From Macrostomum lignano (taxonomy: Eukaryota): a stretch of DNA of 64,000 nucleotides. The position numbers and the translations under genes were made by a program. Under the pieces are notes generated by a model. The model saw nothing but the letters and a program-made list of their open reading frames with translations. It made no database searches and was not told where the DNA came from. Position 1 is the stretch's first letter. Every line of letters begins with the position of its first letter. Shown one piece after another: positions 61,385-64,000 of this stretch. The stretch covers positions 193,738-257,737 of the forward strand of contig NIVC01000065.1 of NCBI GenBank assembly GCA_002269645.1, in the 5' to 3' direction.

Positions 61385-62140
61385 TCCATGGTCCTCGCGC
61401 CCCTGGCCTCCGCGCCTCTCCGCGCCTCTGGCCGCTTCACGCCTCACGCCTCTGGCCTCTCCGCCTCTGGCAGCTTCACGCCTCACGCCTCTGGCGCCGC
61501 GCCTCTGGCCTCACCGCGCCTCTGGCCTCTCCGCGCCTCTGGCAGCTTCACGCCTCACGCCTCTGGCCTCTCCGCGCCTCTGGCCTCTCGCGCCTCTGGC
61601 AGCTTCACGCCTCACGCCTCTGGCCTCTCCGCGCCTCTGGCCTCACCGCGCCTCTGGCTCACGCGCCTCTGGCCTCTCCGCGCCTCTGGCCGCTTCACGC
61701 CTCACGCCTCTGGCCTCTCCGCGCCTCTGGCCGCTTCACGTCTCACGCCTCTGGCCTCACCGCGCCTCTGGCCTCTCTGCGTCTCTGGCCTCACCGCGCC
61801 TCTGGCCTCTCCGCGCCTCTGGCCTCACCGCGCCTCTGGCCTCACCGCGCCTCTGGCCTCACCGTGCCTCTGGCCTCTCCGCGCCTCTGGCCTCTCCGCG
61901 CCTCTGGCCTCACGCGCCTCTGGCCTCACCGCGCCTCTGGCCTCACCGTGCTTGCTCTGGCCTCTCCGCGCCTCTGGCCTCTCCGTGCCTCTGGCCTCAC
62001 CGTGCCTCTGGCCTCACCGCGCCTCTGGCCTCTCCGCCTCTGGCCTCACCGCGCCTCTGGCCTCACCGCGCCTCTGGCCTCTCCGCGCCTCTGGCCTCAC
62101 GCGCCTCTGGCCTCTCCGCGCCTCTGGCCTCTCCGCGCCT
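61385..62140. repeat. GC-rich ~17-bp minisatellite (cgcgcctctggcctctc/ac)
   Basis: Direct tandem units with variants. Confidence 0.95.
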
Positions 62141-63639
62141 GGTTAGTTTTCTGAACGAAATTTTCTGAGCGAAAGATTGCATATGTCCTACTATACACAA
62201 CTGTTAAGTTACAGGGTTTTAGGCGAAACTTCTCGCTTACAGTTACTTCCTACTCGCTTGCAGGTAACAACCGGACACATGGAAGGGACAATTGTCTCAA
62301 AAATGGAGCCGAAAAATAAATAATGAGCTTGTACTTCTATTTCTATGACACTAATATCGGGTTGTGATAGCTTTATTCAGCTTTGAAACTAAGTTTGTCG
62401 AAAATTGTCGCTTCCATGTCCCGGGTTTACCAAAGCCAACCAAATCTGCAAACCAAACGACCGCATGGACTCGCCTCGCGACTGACACCAGCGGAGGATC
62501 ATGGGGAGAAGCCGACAGGGGATTCCGAAAGCGAAATTATCTCAGCTTCCTGCAAATTTGAATGCAAGCCAATAACAGCTGCAGTAGAAATCGATACGCC
62601 TGCATTGTCTTCTCAAACTGCGCTCAATTCCTAGCCAACCTCATGGACAAGCACGGAGGCCGCCTTGCCGAAGTCCAGCGCCGCTGTTTCCATTGGTAAC
62701 AATGCGACCTGGTTCGAATTCGGTTTACCTCCTGGTCGCGGCAGCGTCAGTGTCTGGCACATATGGCAAGCGGCCAGCGTGATTCGAACCGCCGACCGCT
62801 CGCAGTTCGGCTTCCCCGTAAGAGGCTGGCGGCAACATCAAACGATAGTCGAGATTCTTGATCTTTGCCGCGCTCTTTGAACTCTCCAACGATACGAGCG
62901 GGGAGGCAGTGAGATCCAGAATTCAGACGGAGCGTTCGAAGGAAATCTACCTGGAGCTGATGGAGCTGCAGCTGTCCGAACGGGGATCAAGATGAGCAGC
63001 ACCTGCTGCGCGTTGTTATCGCGAGGTGCTTGACGATGTTCACCTGTTCGACAGCTCAGCGGAAGATGTTTCGGGAGATCAATTCGACTTTGTCATCGAG
63101 TATGAAAGTTGATTGATTGGTTAAATATTCCATCGCTTTTATTAAATTAAATTCCCTTTGGCTTGGAAAGACTTGACTAGCTGGGTTAATAAAATAAGTA
63201 ATAAGTAAGCATAATAATTAATTTATAATTACAAATTATAAACGGCAACTGACCGTCTGCTTGACTTATTTAGTGATTTAAAAAACTCAATTAAACAAAG
63301 AGACTCGAAGAATAGATCGAAAAATGAGTTTTTTACAAAAGAAGTTTTATTAACGATAACGATTGAAATTATTATCGAAAACAAAGACTATTAGACAAGG
63401 CTGATATGTTTATGTTTTCAAATTTCAATAAATATTTCTTCGTAGCAGGATTAAAAAACATAGAATTTACTGCGGATATATTATAGCATAGCGATAGTCG
63501 AAAACGATCTATTGGAGAGTGATTCTCGTTGGAACTACGATCGAGGTATTTATGGGTAAGAATTATCGAAGACGGACTTTATATGAGATTATCGGAGAGT
63601 GATTCGGTATGCTATTATCAGCGAGGGATTTTACGGTGA

Positions 63640-64000
63640 AAGATTACGATAAAGGATTATTGGTAAGGTAGTACGGTAAGGGATTATCGTAAGGTAAATA
63701 TCGGTAAGGGATTATCGGTAAGGATTGTCGATAAGGATTATCGATAAGATATATCATAAGATTATCGATAAGGGATTACGGTAAGGAGATTATCGTAAGG
63801 GATTATCGTAAGGGATTATCGATAATGGATTATTGGTAAGGGATTATCGATAAGGGATTATCGATAAGGGATTCATCGGTAAGGAGGTATCGAAGGATTA
63901 TCGTAAGGATATCGGTAAGGGATTATTGGTAACGAATTATCGGTAAGGGATTATCGGTAAGGATTATCGATAAGGGATATCGGTAAGGATTATCGTAAGG
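63640..64000. repeat. Degenerate ~14-15 bp tandem repeat (ggattatcggtaag) running off the window end
   Basis: Units carry many single-base indels. Confidence 0.9.

Noticed and set aside
3762-64000. Regularly spaced short repeats considered as CRISPR arrays
   Set aside because: Units are head-to-tail with no unique spacers, there are no cas genes and the context is eukaryotic. The only array with internal structure (170 bp) is explained by U14.

Overview
Eukaryotic (animal) genomic DNA with spliceosomal introns, GC-rich exons and many intronic and intergenic minisatellites. The style suggests a free-living flatworm such as Macrostomum, but that is inference only. Genes built by hand from splice signals: a Bak-like Bcl-2 family gene (minus strand, running off the left edge, with a decayed APE-RT-RNaseH LINE in its intron); a convergent inverted pair of intron-containing cytosolic Hsp70/Hsc70 genes, each with a perfect heat-shock element; an orphan 2-TM ORF; POU4/Brn3; an SLC25A15-like mitochondrial ornithine carrier; an intronless OST3/OST6 (MAGT1/TUSC3) gene; and an NRAMP/SLC11 metal transporter with a GC-AG intron. 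Mobile DNA includes a tandemly duplicated Crypton-like fragment with inverted repeats, hAT-like and other MITEs, an interrupted RTE-like fragment and a tRNA-derived SINE. The main unexplained-looking structure is a 170-bp tandem repeat in intron 2 of both Hsp70 copies. Each unit carries a box C/D snoRNA with the two 18S-complementary domains of U14 (SNORD14), giving three U14 copies per intron and six in total. Reference RNA and protein motifs were recalled from memory; no database search was run.
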